In this document: positions 25,940-40,747 of the stretch, piece after piece | Layout: every line of letters begins with the position of its first letter | Position numbering within the stretch: the stretch's first letter is position 1 | Origin: Octopus bimaculoides | Taxonomy: Eukaryota | Direction: 5' to 3' | Length of the DNA: 64,000 nucleotides | Assembly: GCF_001194135.2 (NCBI RefSeq) | Contig: NC_068983.1 | Location: forward strand, 153,374,704 to 153,438,703 | The notes under the pieces: model-generated | Databases searched by the model: none | Told to the model about the DNA's origin: nothing | Seen by the model: the letters and a program-made list of their open reading frames with translations, nothing else | Translations under genes and position numbers: made by a program

Positions 25940-28900
25940 CAGTCGTCATCCTGCCACTATGGTCAAACAATCTTCAAGAAGATGAATAAATAAACATCTT
26001 CTGAATTTTGGCTGTGGGTTTGTGAATACACTTCTAGAAATAAGAAGCATGTGAGCTTAAAAAAGATTCCCTTGACATAGTTGCTGTCTCTGAAACTTGT
26101 CCCTCTGGTGAGGGTCAACTAAGGGAAACTACTTATGGATATACTATCTTCTGGACAGGCCTACTTGAGAGTCGCTGTAGAGAAACTGGTGTTGGTTTTA
26201 CTCTCAAGAATTCATTAGTATCCTCCATTGTAGAATTTCCAAATGGTATATCTGAATGAACCATGACATGCCATATAATATTGATAAAATGTAGGTTTCT
26301 AACCACTGTCAGTTTTTATGCACCAAAAATGGTTAATTCTGATGAAACTGTAGGACAGTTTTATGATGATCTAGCACAATTATTGAGGAAAGTACAAGTT
26401 TCTGACAAGCTGGTAATATTGTGAGATTTCAACTCAAGAATTGAAAATCCCTACATTTCATGATCTGTTTTAGACCGACATGGGATTGGAAAATGAAATT
26501 AAAATGGAGTAGCTCTTTTGACATTTTGTGCTGAAAATAATCTGGTTATTACTAACACTCTGCTTAAACAGAAAAATAAATATAAAACCAGCTAGATTCA
26601 CCCACAATCTAAGGACTGGCATTTCATAGATTATATTTTGATCAGAAAGCGTGATATGAAAGATGTTTCTAGTGTTTAGGCCATAAGAGGAGAAGAGAGC
26701 TTCACTGAACATCGTCTAGTACGTGGGTAAATGGTTTGGTCCTAAGGAATCCGAAAACTTAAATGATGCAAACTTCAAATCACCAAGCAACTTGCAAGAA
26801 ATCCACGATACTATAGAATGTATCAATCTTGATCCAAACAACTTCTCGGAAGATCTCATACCAAAAGAATTACGGGCTGCAAGTTCTTCAGTGGAACTTA
26901 TATCTCGAGGACTGGTTTTCGGACAATTCCCAAGATTTTTATGATGTACTTTTAGAATAACAAATCTTAGGCAATGCAGTTCCTTCTCAATCCTTGAAAG
27001 CCAACTCAAACGAAGGTTACAGAAAACAAAACGGGAAAGTGCAGACTGCTCTAAGGAAAATTTAACAGGAATGGTGGAATGACAGAGAAAAATGGCGCAA
27101 GAAGCAGCTGATAGAAATGGTACCAAGAGTCTCTATTCTTAAGGAGGTGTATGGCTCCAAATCTTCTTCAATAGCTCCTGTGAGAACGGCAAATGAACAT
27201 TTGCTTTCGACTGACACCGTTTCTATTCATGAGTGCTGGTAGAACATTTTTCTGTACTTTAGAATAGACTATCATCCGTTGACATAAGAATGATAAAATA
27301 ATCGAACACCTTCCAGTTAAAGTTGAGATGGAATTTGAACCAACTCGAAATGACATTTATATAGCTCTGAATATGCTAAATAACAAAAAGATCTCCGGGA
27401 TTTGATGAAATCTGTGCAGAGGTCTTGAAATATGGGGGTGACAAAATATTTGAACTCTTGAATATATTAATTTGTGACTTTCGGAGAACTGAGTAAGTGC
27501 CCCAATCAGGATTGATGCTACTTTAGTCTCCTTGTATAAATAGGGCCCAAATGAACTGTGTTGTAATTTTTGCGGGATTTGTTTGTAGTTGGAAAGGTAC
27601 TTGCCCACATTGTGTTAGAATGTTTAAATACCTTGATAGTTCCAAATATATTGTCTGGATCTCAATGTGTTTTTCGCTCCTCAGGTGGACAGTTGATTGT
27701 ACCTTTCGTATCAGACAATTTCAGAAAAAGTGCATTAAACAGAATCTTGCGTTTTTGATTCAAGCAGAGCATTCAGTACTCTTAATCGAAATGCTCTGCG
27801 GCTAATTCGATGGAACAGAAAAAATTGTGAACATGATCAAGGCTTTGCATCAAGTTACGAAGGGTAGGGTCAATTTTGGTGGTAAACTTTGTGATTCTTT
27901 TGCCATGGAAAATGGAATAAAGCAAGGAGACCTTGATGCACCCGCCCCCCTCTTTGCAATATACATTGCTGTTGTGCTGTCACACGTTTTTTTCAAAACT
28001 CCTTGGAGAGTATTTACATAAAATTTTGAACAACAGAGAATGTTTTTAATATGACCAGACTGAAATTCAAAACAAAGCTGCTTACTTCACTCATTAGGGA
28101 TTTTTTTTTTGTACGCTGACCATTGCGATCTAGTCTGTCACTCTGAAACGGTCTTGCAATTTTTTTGTATCGGCATTTGACACACCTTGTGGTGATTCTG
28201 TCTTGACCAGCAACTTGAAAAAACTGTTGTAGTGTTTCAACCTGCACGTGGTGTTGTTTCCCACTTCCTAAAGTGTTCGTTAAGGGTAAGCTACTTGATG
28301 TTGTTGACCTTTTCATTTACCTTGGAAGTTTTGTACAAAATGATGGAAATCTGGAAACAGAAATATATCTGCGAATTCGAAGGACAGTACAAGTGTTTGG
28401 TGGTTTGGAGTCACGCGTTTGGAGCCAACAACATATAAATAACAACAGAAAATTCGATCTGTACAAATCGTTTGTCTTACCTTTGTTAATGTATTCTTCT
28501 GAAATATGGACGTGTAATGAAAGACATTGCAAATTGTTAGAACAATTCCACCAAAAATGCCTTCGCCGTATTTTAAACATTAAATGGAGCATTTTGTTAC
28601 TCCAAACACAGATATCTTTTCGTCTGCAGGCATCACTTCAATTAAATCAATGATTCCGAAAAATCAAATTAGATGGTGTGGCCATATTATTCGAATGGCG
28701 TTTGACCACGCACCCCAAAATCTGTTTTATGTCGAGCTTGCGGAGGGGAAATGCAATCGGTCTAAACCTAAAAAGAAGATTAAGGACGCATAAGGACTAC
28801 CATGGAGTCACTTGGAACGAGTCGAAAGACCATAGAAACTCTTGCTTCGAATTGAGCTAGATGGCGAACAAAAGTATGGAGTGGACAAAAGCGTTTGAGG

Positions 28901-29060
28901 AGTCCAGGATAGTACATACCAGACTCAAGAAAGATTTAAATAAAAACGTTACGACACAGAAGGTGAAACACAATGACCGCTTTGTGTAAACACTTTGTGA
29001 CAGGTTATGCCTTTCTTTCGCTGGACTCAGATCTCATTTGCGGACATATGTAAAACTCAC
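25940..29060 (+). mobile_element. Near full-length but heavily decayed RTE-clade LINE (APE endonuclease + RT)
   Basis: APE: DIVAVSET, TGVGFTLK, SFYAP, FYDDL, *DFNSR, HPQSKDWHFIDY, FTEHRLVR. RT: GKVLAHIVL, GIKQG, YADH, FIYLGS, LMYSSEIWT, FHQKCLRRILNIKW, IRWCGHIIRM. Ends SFAGLRSHLRT. Many stops and frameshifts; a 5'UTR may extend to about 25600. Confidence 0.9.
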
Positions 29061-30632
29061 TATTCTGTTTATACATCTGCGCACACCTTCCAATGCTCTG
29101 TTTGCCATGATGTGTGCAATTCTAACTAAGGTCACAATAGACATTTTAGATACACAAAGATGAGAAATTAATTGTGATGAGTATACGGTGTACGTACAAG
29201 AGGTGGTAGGACTCTGCATAAGGAGTAGACAACCATCATATATATATATATATATATATANNNNNNNNNNNNNNNNNNNNNNNNNNNNNNNNNNNNNNNN
29301 NNNNNNNNNNNNNNNNNNNNNNNNNNNNNNNNNNNNNNNNNNNNNNNNNNNNNNNNNNNNNNNNNNNNNNNNNNNNNNNNNNNNNNNNNNNNNNNNNNNN
29401 NNNNNNNNNNNNNNNNNNNNNNNNNNNNNNNNNNNNNNNNNNNNNNNNNNNNNNNNNNNNNNNNNNNNNNNNNNNNNNNNNNNNNNNNNNNNNNNNNNNN
29501 NNNNNNNNNNNNNNNNNNNNNNNNNNNNNNNNNNNNNNNNNNNNNNNNNNNNNNNNNNNNNNNNNNNNNNNNNNNNNNNNNNNNNNNNNNNNNNNNNNNN
29601 NNNNNNNNNNNNNNNNNNNNNNNNNNNNNNNNNNNNNNNNNNNNNNNNNNNNNNNNNNNNNNNNNNNNNNNNNNNNNNNNNNNNNNNNNNNNNNNNNNNN
29701 NNNNNNNNNNNNNNNNNNNNNNNNNNNNNNNNNNNNNNNNNNNNNNNNNNNNNNNNNNNNNNNNNNNNNNNNNNNNNNNNNNNNNNNNNNNNNNNNNNNN
29801 NNNNNNNNNNNNNNNNNNNNNNNNNNNNNNNNNNNNNNNNNNNNNNNNNNNNNNNNNNNNNNNNNNNNNNNNNNNNNNNNNNNNNNNNATATATATATAT
29901 ATATATATATAACCATACACACAGCTACATACATATAACATTCAGACACAGATAAATATCTATGCATGCGCATATGTATTAGGTATGGTGAGAGTGTATT
30001 ATATGTTGCTATTTGTGGTTGCTCAGACAAAATATTGCATTGTATGTGATACACACATTTATTTATTAGAGTAAGATTATAAGCTATTTTAATAATTCCA
30101 ATCTGAGTAGTACAAAAATCAATAAAATATATATAAATAATATAAAACAATAATTAACATCAAACAATTACAAGAATTGGAGGAAAATGAATTAAGAATA
30201 ATAGTGTATGGAAATCATGTTCACGCAATGTCAGCATTTTTCTGATTAGAGAACAAATAATAAAATTAGCAATAAAACCCTGATGAACATCAATATATTT
30301 TTGTTTTAATATTTGTAGTGATTTTACCAAAATATTCATAACGGGGAAATTTTATTAATAACAGATTAATTTTCTATATTTATACGCTTATGAAGGCAAT
30401 ATATATTTTATTAAATTATTTCTTGAGTACAAATGTTTATATTTTGATTTCAAATCCAACTCGAATCGTACTGGAATTTTCACATTCCAAATTTGTTAAA
30501 CTAAGCAGCACTTATAATCTTTAGCCTATAAAATCGATCATTTCCATACTTCGACATATTATTGCCTATCTCTGTTTTCATGTGTTCAATATATTTTCTT
30601 TAATTAACATGTGAACTTGGTCATTTTCCTAC

Positions 30633-30812
30633 CTTGTAAATTTGTGTAAAGCTTGAAATTTCTTTACATGCAGAAGGTGAAGGTATTCGATTAAAATATG
30701 TGCTAGTCGTTTTGTTTTTAATATACATAATATGCCCTCACTCCGGCATTTTGTCCTGCTTATTATGAAGATAATAGTTTCGATTAAGTTCTGGTTCTTT
30801 CGTTTTCTATCT
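30633..30812 (-). CDS. Weak candidate 180-nt exon
   Basis: Acceptor cctatttcttgtatctcag, donor AAG|GTAGGA, one open frame (DRKRKNQNLIETIIF...HKFT). The peptide is not recognisable. Confidence 0.15.
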
Positions 30813-32623
30813 CTGAGATACAAGAAATAGGTATGAGCGATGCACTGTTAGAGATGACATCGCTGACTAGTCTACCTGCAAATGTCTTGATTTGTACCTG
30901 CATTAAAATGCTCTATAATGTGTAGAATTTTTCATATATTCATTGAAGTAATTTGGTTTGAAACTAGGAGTTGAAATTCCATTATTTGTATCAGCTCGAA
31001 GGAAAATGATATAATTGTTGATAATTTGTATTGTTTTGTTGGATTCGAAACTATATCACTCAGTTGAAGGAGGTGATATTGAATTACATTCTAAGCTTAT
31101 ATTTTATATTAATTACTCAATTCACAGAAAGAATTGTTTGTAATATGTTTTCAGCATCATTTAGTAGTCCAATTTTATGTGTCCGGTTGCGAGTTACGAT
31201 TTCCTTTTCCTAATTACGAGCTGTTTAAAAGTACACTTTGAACGCAGCTAGCAGTGCGCAGCATTCTGTTGTTTGATGATGAGTTTTTATTTCCCATTTT
31301 TCTTTATGTTCATTATATTTTATATAACTTGCAGTGGGGCTGTGTTACTCATGCGTTATTTCAAATCAAGTATTTTCTTTTCATATGAAGTTTCCATTAA
31401 TGAAAAAAACATGAAATTATTTATAAAACAAACCATTTTACAATATATATATATATATATATATATANNNNNNNNNNNNNNNNNNNNNNNNNNNNNNNNN
31501 NNNNNNNNNNNNNNNNNNNNNNNNNNNNNNNNNNNNNNNNNNNNNNNNNNNNNNNNNNNNNNNNNNNNNNNNNNNNNNNNNNNNNNNNNNNNNNNNNNNN
31601 NNNNNNNNNNNNNNNNNNNNNNNATATACATATATGTGTGTGTATATATATATATCATAATAAGCAACAAGGATATCCAGAGGTAATGCAGTACGATCGT
31701 TTTATGCAACTCCATTTAATTGAACAATGTAATCATTACATCAATTTAAATTGCAGAGCAATCCTCAGCTGCACAAAGACAGAGAATTTAATTAAATTAG
31801 AACAGATAGACACATTTGTATAATTATACCTAAAATCTCCAATAAGTTAAGGAGATAGATAAAGAAAATGTTGCTTCAGCTACAACAAATAAGTTAATAA
31901 ATAAAATGCCAAGAAAACTCTGCCTGTCACTGATTGTATTTGTTTTGTTTTTAGTTTTAATTTATAGACTAGTTATATATCTAAGGCTTGAGAAAATAAA
32001 GGGCATTCTCTGTTAGGGTTAGAAGTGAGAGAGGAGACAGAAATCATGGTTGATGTAGTCATAAAATCATGAGGCTTAGTAAAGCAAAACTTAAACCAAG
32101 ATGCTGGCTGACAATCAAGGGGAGTCGCCCACCAGCAGACCATTGATAATGAAACAGGGGAAGCCTTATCATGTAGTGATATAGTTAAATGTTTTAAAAC
32201 AATGTTGCTATATCGTATACAGATAAAGTTTATGGCTATTCAGAGGGTTATTAAAAAGAATATATTAACAAAAGGATAGAAATGTATGAATACTTTTGAG
32301 TATATACAAAACTTTTACCACAATAGAGGGGGGAAAAGAAAATTATTCAGAAATAGTTTAATATTTATACTTATATATTCACTACATATAAAAAGCTGCT
32401 TAGAATATCATTTTATTAATATATAATTAGAATGCTCTTTTACCTCAATACTCCTTTATTAATACCAGTATATACCTATTAATCAATATTCATAGATATC
32501 ACATGATGAGTTAGTATTTAAGTGTTCAATATATACACTTCAATATCTACACTTAAACATGCACACTTCCCAGAGTTTGTTCGGTGGGTTGAAATGTGAA
32601 TGTTATGGCAGTGACGTTTTATA

Positions 32624-32840
32624 TATTGGTTTCAAATTTTGGCACAAGACCAGCAATTTCGGGGAAGTGTGTAAGTCGATTAGATCGACCTCAGTGTTCA
32701 ACTAGTACTTATATTATCGTCTCGGTAAGGATGAATGGCAAAGTCGACCTCGGTGGCATTTGAACCACTGAACGTAAAGACGGACGAAATGTCGCTAAGT
32801 ATTTTACCCTGCACGGTAAAGCCTTTACCAGTTTGCATCC
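32624..32840 (-). mobile_element. S1 SINE
   Basis: attttggcacaagaccagcaatttcgggg..gtcgattagatcgacc..ggcaaagtcgacctcgg..atttgaac. Confidence 0.85.
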
Positions 32841-33296
32841 TTAGAACGTTTTCTATATTATACGTTATATACCTTCGTTTTCCACAAAGACGTGTTTTGT
32901 CATGTTTGGAATTATATTTCTTACCGTAATGCTGTTAGCTAATATAAACTGAATATATGTTGATGTCTACTGACAGAAAAATTCTAATTATGTAATCGTT
33001 GTATGCCTAGACTTTGTTAGAATTTGATCGTAAATTGAATTTTGGCATTTTAAAAGCGTTCCATTCCACGGGAATACGTTTATATTCATATCAACATTTC
33101 ATCTGCTATTCCTGTAATTATTAAAATATATCAAAATCTTTTAAAAAAACATATTTTGTTCTCATACAAGAATGCACTCGCCATTAAAAAAAACCTATTG
33201 TTTAGAGCTAAATACCTTTTTCTTACTTGAAAGTCCATCATGAGTTCAGCATCGATATACTTGAAGTATAATCAGACGAGAATAATTACAGTGAGA

Positions 33297-33510
33297 CAGC
33301 AAGCTGGCAAAATCGTTAGCTTGTCGGAAACATGCTTCGCGATATTTCTTCCAGTTTTGTGTTTTGAATTCAAAATCCACTGCGATCGACTTTGAACTTC
33401 ATAATTTCTTTCGCGATAAAAAATATGTACCAATAAAGCACTGATATTGATGTAATTGACTGGCCCTATAACTTAAACGCTTCAAGCATTGTGCTTATAG
33501 TAGAGAAAAA
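33297..33510 (+). mobile_element. Degenerate S1 SINE in sense orientation (a second, more decayed copy follows to about 33740)
   Basis: cagcaagctggcaaaatcgttagc...gaattcaaaatcc..gatcgacttt. Confidence 0.65.
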
Positions 33511-34225
33511 AACTACATCAGTTACTCATGTTGCAACCTGTAGAACTGTTAAATCCCCAGAAAAATTTGTTATGGGATATCTTCCAAATAATTACTTTCT
33601 GATTTCACAATCCGCTGAAACTAACTTTGTCTTTCTTCCTTGCGGGGAACGATGAAATAAATACCAGCTGAGTAATAGGGTCAATGTTTTCCACTGACCC
33701 TTACCCTAAAACTGTTGTCTTTGTGCAAAAGTATGTAGCAGTATTAAAACACACTTATTTTCCAATAAAACTCTTCATTGGAAATCAATGATATCTTTTG
33801 GAAATATACTAATAGTGGAAGGAACGTTAATCTGCTTCCAACAAAAAATATATATATTTAAAACGGACTGTTAAAAAGAAAAGATGACAGTTAACATCAC
33901 TCACATTGTCGCTAACTTATACATCCCTGATAACATAAGTTGTTTTGTTCACAATCAAATACAAAATATTTTAAAACATGTTCGTTGTAAATGTATATTT
34001 TTGAATTTTGCAAAAGCGATTAATTTTGATTTTTGTACTTAGAACCTTTTGACAATTTTGCATTATATGACAAGCTTTATGGAAAACTATATCTTAAACA
34101 AATAATATTACACTTTGTCTTGCTAACAATGCTTTGCGTATCGATTGTTACATCATATGCGCAGAGATTATTTTCTGAAAGATATAAGATGATAAGTCAA
34201 TGAGAAATATAAAATCATATATATG

Positions 34226-34281
<56 letters not shown>

Positions 34282-34489
34282 GAGGAGAGGGTGAAAGAGA
34301 GAGAAAGATACATACATTTACGAGGCCTCAAACACCACTAGATGCCTCAATGTTACTGTTGAAAATAACATAAGTTGGAGTACCCACATAAATAGCTCAG
34401 TCGACATAACCCACAGGGTGTGCTCCTAGATAGTGCTCCTACTACTATCCTTCTCTTCTCGACTTTCGCTTGTCTATATATCGGATCAG

Positions 34490-34712
34490 CCAGCACATTT
34501 TTCAAACGACGCTTCTGCAAACACCAGTAATCAGAGTCCCAGAAAGATGTTTTGTCACGTCACTGGCCAGCTATCTGTGGCACCTAAAAGATCAAGGAAC
34601 CCCATATAATATCAGGTGAAAGATCGAACATCCATGTCAATATATTAATGGGGGCAGCTAATGCAATGTCTGCACCGCAGAGAAAATCAAAATTCTTAAC
34701 GACTATGCTAAG
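34490..34712 (+). mobile_element. Neptune-type PLE GIY-YIG C-terminal fragment
   Basis: Translation TSLASYLWHLKDQGTPYNIR*KIEHPCQYINGGS*CNVCTAEKIKIL fits the T.LS.YIW.LK...Y.I.W.I...C.LC..EK..IL pattern. Confidence 0.6.
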
Positions 34713-35738
34713 CCTCACACGTTAAATTATCGTATAGAAGTTTACTTAAAATGTGTTTATTTCAAGCGTTACCTACTAGAAAATTATATCTCTACGTTTG
34801 CTGGTTAGGCTAATATAAGACTGTAGAGATTTTAATGCATTTAACTTTGTTTTAATACGCATACTCACACACTCACGCACCCACCACACATATATGTATG
34901 GTGAGGGTGAACACAATGTGAATTGCTTTATAGACGATATCCAATATCGATTCAAATATAATATAATCTAAAACAGACAATACGTGAAAATCAAGTACCT
35001 AATTTTATATTGTAAGACTATATCTCATGATATATAATAGGATATAAATAAAATAAACTATATTATGATATACGGTAGTATTGAAAACACCCATACAAAG
35101 TCGGAAGTGAAAAAAGAGGTTATCCCTAAAGCTAGTAGAGCTGAATACTATTATCAATATAGCATACCGGATTATTTCGGGGCATCTTTATTTCAACATA
35201 TCTGTTTCTATACAATTATTTACTGCCTACGTTTCTTATGAATCTCTCATCATATATACACCGAAATATAAATTTACAAAACAATAGAAAGTGTCTGGTT
35301 TTGTGGAAATACATGAGGGATTTTCTTTTCTGATAACGCATTCAAGCCTATTTGGGAGTGAATGTTGACAAAAATTTATTCTGCCACAATAATATTCAGC
35401 TTACAGCATTTAAATCAATTATTGAATAAAGAAGAATGAATGATATACCATGTATGGCAAATGTACCTTGCACCTTTGTGTTTACATTTACTATATTTTA
35501 ACATAGCAACTTAGGGTCTTTTTTTAGAGAAACTAGTTCCTGTTTTCTAGCTGATCTTTAAGTCTCTAATGCTTTCGAAAAATATGCTTCTGGCTGTTGC
35601 GTCATTCATAAATAATGGGTTACGTACGTATGTGCGTATGTGGGTGTGTGTGTGAGTATGTGGGTGGGTACATATGTATGTGTATATTTTAACAGACAAA
35701 CATACATATGTGTATGCGCATGCAAAAAATATACAAAG

Positions 35739-35776
<38 letters not shown>

Positions 35777-35791
35777 CACACNNNNNNNNNN

Positions 35792-35831
<40 letters not shown>

Positions 35832-36514
35832 TGTATATATTTTACTAGACACACATATTCATATATGGAGGATCAAACACATGTTTATGTTGAGTATGTG
35901 TATCAGCGTAAAGGATGAGGGCCCATATTATATTATTGATGGATTAATATAAAGATCAAAATCGCTGCTATTAAATTGTTTAACACCACATGAGAAATCG
36001 GGAACCGAATTTATAAAAAGCATAGGAGAGTGTCATGACTATCCACTCAGTTTTGAAAATTGGTGGTGATATATGACGTATACTTTTTTATTTCTACAAA
36101 TTATATATCTAGACTGGCATAACAGAATATGTAGTTTACCGACCAAATTACGTACTGCTAATTAATACCTTTCACTCTTGTGTCAAAAATTAATTTTATT
36201 TGTTGTTTGCAAGTTAGAAAAATATCTATAAGTCAATATTACCTCAGTCTCATAGACTAAATTCTAATGTTAGTATAATCGCCTGTATAGTAACCGCACA
36301 CATAGTTGAAAAAAATGTTTTGTGATAAGATAAATCGTAATAATTATCAACATGCTGTTGCTTTGAGGAGATAGTAAATATTATACTATACCATTGGAAT
36401 TTAGCTATATTCATGCACGCACATATTGACTCATATGCACATATTCATATTATATGCATTCAATATACTTATATATATATGCACAATATATGTATGTGTA
36501 TGTATGTATACATG

Positions 36515-36604
<90 letters not shown>

Positions 36605-36608
36605 CATG

Positions 36609-36639
<31 letters not shown>

Positions 36640-37125
36640 ATGTATATATATATATATATATGTTTATCTTTGTATCTATATATACAATATAAATACTTAC
36701 ATATCGCTTCATATACACGCACGTACTTTTTCGCGAGCAGTTGCAGACCCAGGTACACATATACACAGGTACACATATACACAGGCACACATTATCTCCA
36801 TAGATGTGCACGTGCTTGTTTAACGACACATACTAGGTCATTGTTGTCCCCCTTGCCCTCCACACCTCAGGCCAACGTCTTCCTCTTCCGGTCATTTCAG
36901 CATGCGCTGACAGTCTACTTCAGGCACCTTTGCCGTTTTCATCTATTGTACTCTCCTTATCTATCCTTTCAGTAGGAGAGCGTATAATTGGAATGTTAAA
37001 GTTTTCTTCCAATTTACTGTGCGTCAAGCTAGCATTTCCTTTATGTTTTTATGTCGTCTTTCTCATGCATCTTTGTATGTATGTATATATGTATGCATGT
37101 ATGTATGTATGTATGTATATATGTG

Positions 37126-37165
<40 letters not shown>

Positions 37166-37192
37166 TGTGTGTGTGTATAAGTGTGTGTATGT

Positions 37193-39620
37193 TGTGAGGA
37201 GAGTTACGGCGTCCCCTTGCGAGAAATATACTGGACACAGCGATTATAAATAATAGCGGTCGGAATGAAGCTTGTGTGTTAGTTCGAGTTGAATCTCAGT
37301 GAAGTCGGAAAGTGTCAGTTGGTTAGTCTGTTTGTAATATTGATTGTTATATCGTTACTTTGTTATTGCGGTGGCATTGTTACCGTGTGTATTGTTACGA
37401 CACGGATACAATGTATCAAAACCATCCGTCACAATATCGTGGCGGTACACGGAATTGCAGACAGAGGATACATCCTACGACGAGGATTTCGAAGCACAGG
37501 TAGGTTATTTAAGAATTGGTTCGTGATACAACTTCTTAAATGATGGAAGACCTATTGACATCTATAATACAGTTGCAAAATCAACAGCGAAAACAGCTAC
37601 AGGAGTTTCAGAGGCAACTAGTATGTCAACAACTACAATAACAATTATTAGAGCTATACGCAAAGAAATCCGGAAATGCAGTAAGTTCGTTTTCGCCAGA
37701 TGGGGTATAAAACTCCATAACAGAATTTAGTCATAACCAAGAAGCATAACTTTTGCTGCTTACTACAGAAGGTACGAGGAGATTTTTAAGGAAGATTGCA
37801 AAACATGATCGGAAGAAGAAAATGTAAAGTTATTATTACATAAATTAGCTCCGTTTGAGCATGAATGATACTGTAATTTCATTTTACCCAAAACGTGTTT
37901 CGAAATTTGTTTTCAGGAAACAAATAAATTACTGTCTAACATCATCGGTGATAAAACTTCTCTAATTAACACTTGAATGGGGTGTTAGAATTTAACTGGA
38001 AAAGAAGATGATGACATTATTATGCATGCAGAAACAGTCAACAAAACGAGTGAAAGTTGTAAACTTAAAGAACTTACTCCTGATATGTTTATGTGCCTCA
38101 GCAAATGAAGACACAAACATGCGGACCTGAATTCTTTCAAAACTTGAGCAAGCGAACAAAGATTTAACCCTGCAGGCTGTTACAGAAGAGTGTCAAGGGG
38201 TGATAAACATGAAACTCGACGTAAAAATAATTTCAAGGAAAGGATTTCGCAAACTACAGCTGTGTCTACCGAGAAAGTATAAACAAAGAAGATTGCTTCG
38301 TCCTAATCCATTTTACGGATGTAGAGGCTTACACTTCTGAAAAGATTGTCCTTTGAAAAAATAAAAATGTTACAGTTGTCAAAACTTTGAACACAAGAGT
38401 TCTCACTACGCAACAAAAGTATGAGAGTCAAATGTAAAAAAACTGAAGTGCTCTCTGCAGAAAATAAAATCGACTACCAAATATAACTTCTAACTGGATA
38501 CTGGTAGTGGCATTTCAATTATTAACACCGACACGTGGAAGAAATTTGGGAAACCTATGTTTCAAAAAACAACGGAAACTGCAATTGACGTTACGGGTGG
38601 CAAACTACACTTTGTAGGCGAAATGTGGAATTATGTCACATTTCGAGGAAAACTTTTACAACCAAAACATTCGAGGCGAAATTTTGGTCATAAAGAACGC
38701 AACCAATCTTTTTGTTACCGACCGGTTGGAGTTATTTGATTTATGGGATCTCCCAGTAAGCCAGTCGTATAACAAATTAAATCGTTGCCCCACCAGTGAA
38801 AAGAACTCAACAAGTGAATTGAAAAAATTAATTAAAAAAATATTGAGGGTACACAGAGTAACGCCCAATCTCAATGCCAGTTCAGGAAAGTCTTCGACAG
38901 AGTTAATGTTCGTGCGAAAAATAAAATCTATCTTCGATGAATTATTGCTAAGAAAAATATAGTTAAAGGAAATATAGAAAAGGCAACAACCCATTTCGAA
39001 GTGGGAGATAAAGTTCATTTTAAAATTTAGAAAAATGTTTAAGAAGGCTGGGAGGATAGTTTTGTAACTAAAAGTTTAGGAAACATTATATATGCAATTA
39101 AAGGACAACGTTGGGAACACAAGAGACACCGAAACTAATTAAAGACAAGACATACTGAAAAATGAAAGGAAATACCAATGGAAGTCTGATATGTTTGAGG
39201 CGTTAGCACTGAACGAGATTGAACCTCGTAGAAGCAGCAGTAGAAAATGAAACAGACTGTATACGTAAAAATAATGCCAATACAAAACATATATTAAATT
39301 GAAAAAAAAATAGAGAGGGAGAGGTGCTGGTAAAAGAAAAAGAAATTAAATTTGAAAAAGGGTGATGTGATGAGAGTCACGACGCCCCCTTGCGAGAAAG
39401 TGACTGGACCGAGCGATTATATAGTAGCGGTCGGAGTAAAGTTTGTGTGTTAGTTCGAGTTGAGTCTGCAGTGAAGTCGGAGGGTATCTGTTGGTTAGTT
39501 GGTTTAGAATATTGATTGTTGGTTCGTGAAGGGATTTTTGGATCGTTACGTTGCTAATACGGCTGCCTCGTTATCTTGTTTATTGTTACAAAACTGGTAC
39601 GGTGTATCGGAACTATCCCA
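37193..39620 (+). mobile_element. Old, internally deleted Ty3/Gypsy (Mag-like) LTR retrotransposon
   Basis: Diverged direct LTRs at 37193-37433 and 39366-~39620 (both begin TGTGA); TGGCGG PBS-like site at 37440; purine tract at 39354-39365. gag remnants TFAAYYRRYEEIFKEDC..LLLHKL..YCNFILPK and two Cys/His knuckles; protease LDTGS at 38494-38508; integrase C-tail FEVGDKV..GWE. RT, RNase H and the IN core are absent. Confidence 0.85.
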
Positions 39621-39895
39621 AGACGGAGATTACAACAATACATATAAGTGTGTGTGTGTGTGTCAATGTGTCCATTTATATATTCAAACAAATTTAAATT
39701 ATGCAGAAGGATTGCGCAATATTTAATGTTCTTTGAAATTGTACAAGGCAAGGTTTGACAGTGGCTTTAAAGCTTCTGTTTGCTCCCGTGTATATATTCA
39801 AGAGCATACACGCACAAATATAAATATATACACCTATATATATATATATACGTAACTCTATGTATAATTACCTATTATACTTATATCTATGCATA

Positions 39896-40747
39896 AGAGG
39901 TGGTATCAACACGTTCCAAGACTAGTTCTGAAGCGTGCTAACGGTTGCGTACGCAGTGAGTGCTAGCAGTGACCATCATGAAGTAGTGTGCCTAGTGACA
40001 TCACTGAGCTTACTTCGCAAGTTCTGAAATTTGTGTTTTGTGATCATGTGTATGCTGTAGTCTTCGTTTTGTGATGGACAGTAAGTTGGATCAAAGAGCC
40101 AAAGCGAAATTTTGCGTTAAACTTGGGAAGTCTACTACCGAGACATTCAGCATACTTCGGCAAGCTTACTGTGACGAGGCAATGGGTCGTACGCAATATT
40201 TCAAGTGAAACATTTGCTTCAAAAGTAAAAGAACGTCCCTGGAAGACGATGAGCGATATAGAAGACCTGCTACGAGTATCACCTCCGGAAATATGGTAGT
40301 GTGCATCAGAGAATTCGACCATCACACTCAGACCGTCAATTGAGATTTCTACTGTGACGTTTTGAACTGTATGACGAAAGACATTTGGTGAAAGTGACCG
40401 GATCTGTGCAGCGCGAAATTGGATTCTCCACCAGCCAAAACAACATAGTATCGCCTCCGCATTCGCCCTATCAACCAGATTTAGCATCTTCGGACTTCCG
40501 ACTCTTCTCCAAGATGAATGTGCAGCTCAAATGTCACCGTTTTAACACTATTGTTGAGATCCAGGTTGGATCGCAGAAGGTCCTCGACTCGCTTACAGAA
40601 AACGACTTCCAGGTTAGTTTCCAAAAGTGACAGGAACGCCGAAACCGGTGTATTGCTGCAAAAGGGGATGATGTTAAAACTTAGGAGTTAAATAAGTTAT
40701 GTTTTATTAAAGATAGCTAGTCCTGGAAAAGCTTTGATACCAATTCG
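39896..40747 (+). mobile_element. Internally deleted mariner (DD34D) element
   Basis: TA-flanked imperfect TIRs (39896-39925 vs 40717-40747). N-terminus MDSKLDQRAKAKFCVKLGKSTTETF..SLEDDER..RP; C-terminus PHSPYQPDLASSDFRLFSKM..FQK*QERRNRCIAAKG. Confidence 0.9.

Noticed and set aside
36413-36975. Multiple overlapping ORFs of YIYI/CVCV/THTH type (also at 590, 19101, 63185)
   Set aside because: Translations of (TA)n, (TG)n and (TACA)n microsatellites.
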